This document shows, piece after piece, positions 63,640-64,000 of a DNA stretch of 64,000 bases. The stretch's first letter is position 1, and each line of letters starts with the position of its first letter. The notes below the pieces were generated by a model. It made no database searches. It was given only the letters and a program-made list of their open reading frames with translations, and had not been told where the DNA came from. The stretch comes from Octopus vulgaris (lineage: Eukaryota). A program made the position numbers and the translations under genes. The stretch covers positions 16,120,001-16,184,000 of the forward strand of contig OX597816.1 in NCBI GenBank assembly GCA_951406725.2. The letters are read 5' to 3'.

Positions 63640-64000
63640 GTTGAGCAAATGGTCTTTGTCCCAGAGCTCGCAAGATGGGAGAAGTCCGAAACGTGGTCCT
63701 TTGCTATTCATAAGACCAGCAGAAGAGAAAGCAGGTCAACCCCCGACACCAAGAGCATCGACGGATGGATGAATGCGCATCCAGGCTCAGCGGTTGCGTA
63801 GGAAGTCGGGGACAAGAAACAGGAAGAAAGAGTGAGAGAAAGTTGGAGTGAAAGAGTACAACAGGGGTCGCCACCACCCCCTGCCAGAGCCTTGTGGAGC
63901 TTTAGGTGTTTTCGCTCAATAAACACACACAACGTCCGGTCTGGAAATCGAAACTGTGATCCTCCAGCTATGAGTCCGCTGCCCTAACCATTGGGCTATT
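63640..64000 (-). mobile_element. SINE family C with tail type 3 (head runs off the window)
   Basis: Same head and body as the 8.3 kb and 34 kb copies up to ttcttcctgtttct, then cttgtccccgacttcc...aaagaccatttgctcaacagcaacag. Confidence 0.8.

Overview
AT-rich, microsatellite-dense eukaryotic DNA that is almost entirely transposon-derived. The SINE families resemble those I recall from octopus genomes (an inference, not a database result). I see no intact host protein-coding gene; two small in-phase candidate exons lie at 21.8 and 22.6 kb. Three abundant tRNA-derived SINE families dominate: A (tandem-multimer forming), B (CORE-like, with an internal microsatellite) and C (tRNA-Arg-like head with variable tails). 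Also present are Penelope-like elements (an RT fragment and a GIY-YIG ORF between ~660 bp inverted arms), 3' fragments of R4/Dong-, RTE- and L1/Tx1-type LINEs, Tc1/mariner and hAT remnants, piggyBac/pogo/hAT MITEs, non-autonomous Helitrons, a 109-bp minisatellite and a retroposed 5S rRNA. The most notable observations are: (1) five type I hammerhead ribozyme motifs with palindromic stem III and enlarged stem II, plus fold-back elements built from hammerhead halves; (2) SINE A multimers with a fixed junction, each bounded by a single target-site duplication (TSD); (3) a 5S rRNA fused to the SINE A/LINE tail; (4) head/tail shuffling among SINEs; and (5) a ~2.6 kb structure with diverged inverted arms carrying tRNA-like sequences. 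All structures were read by eye, so boundaries are approximate.
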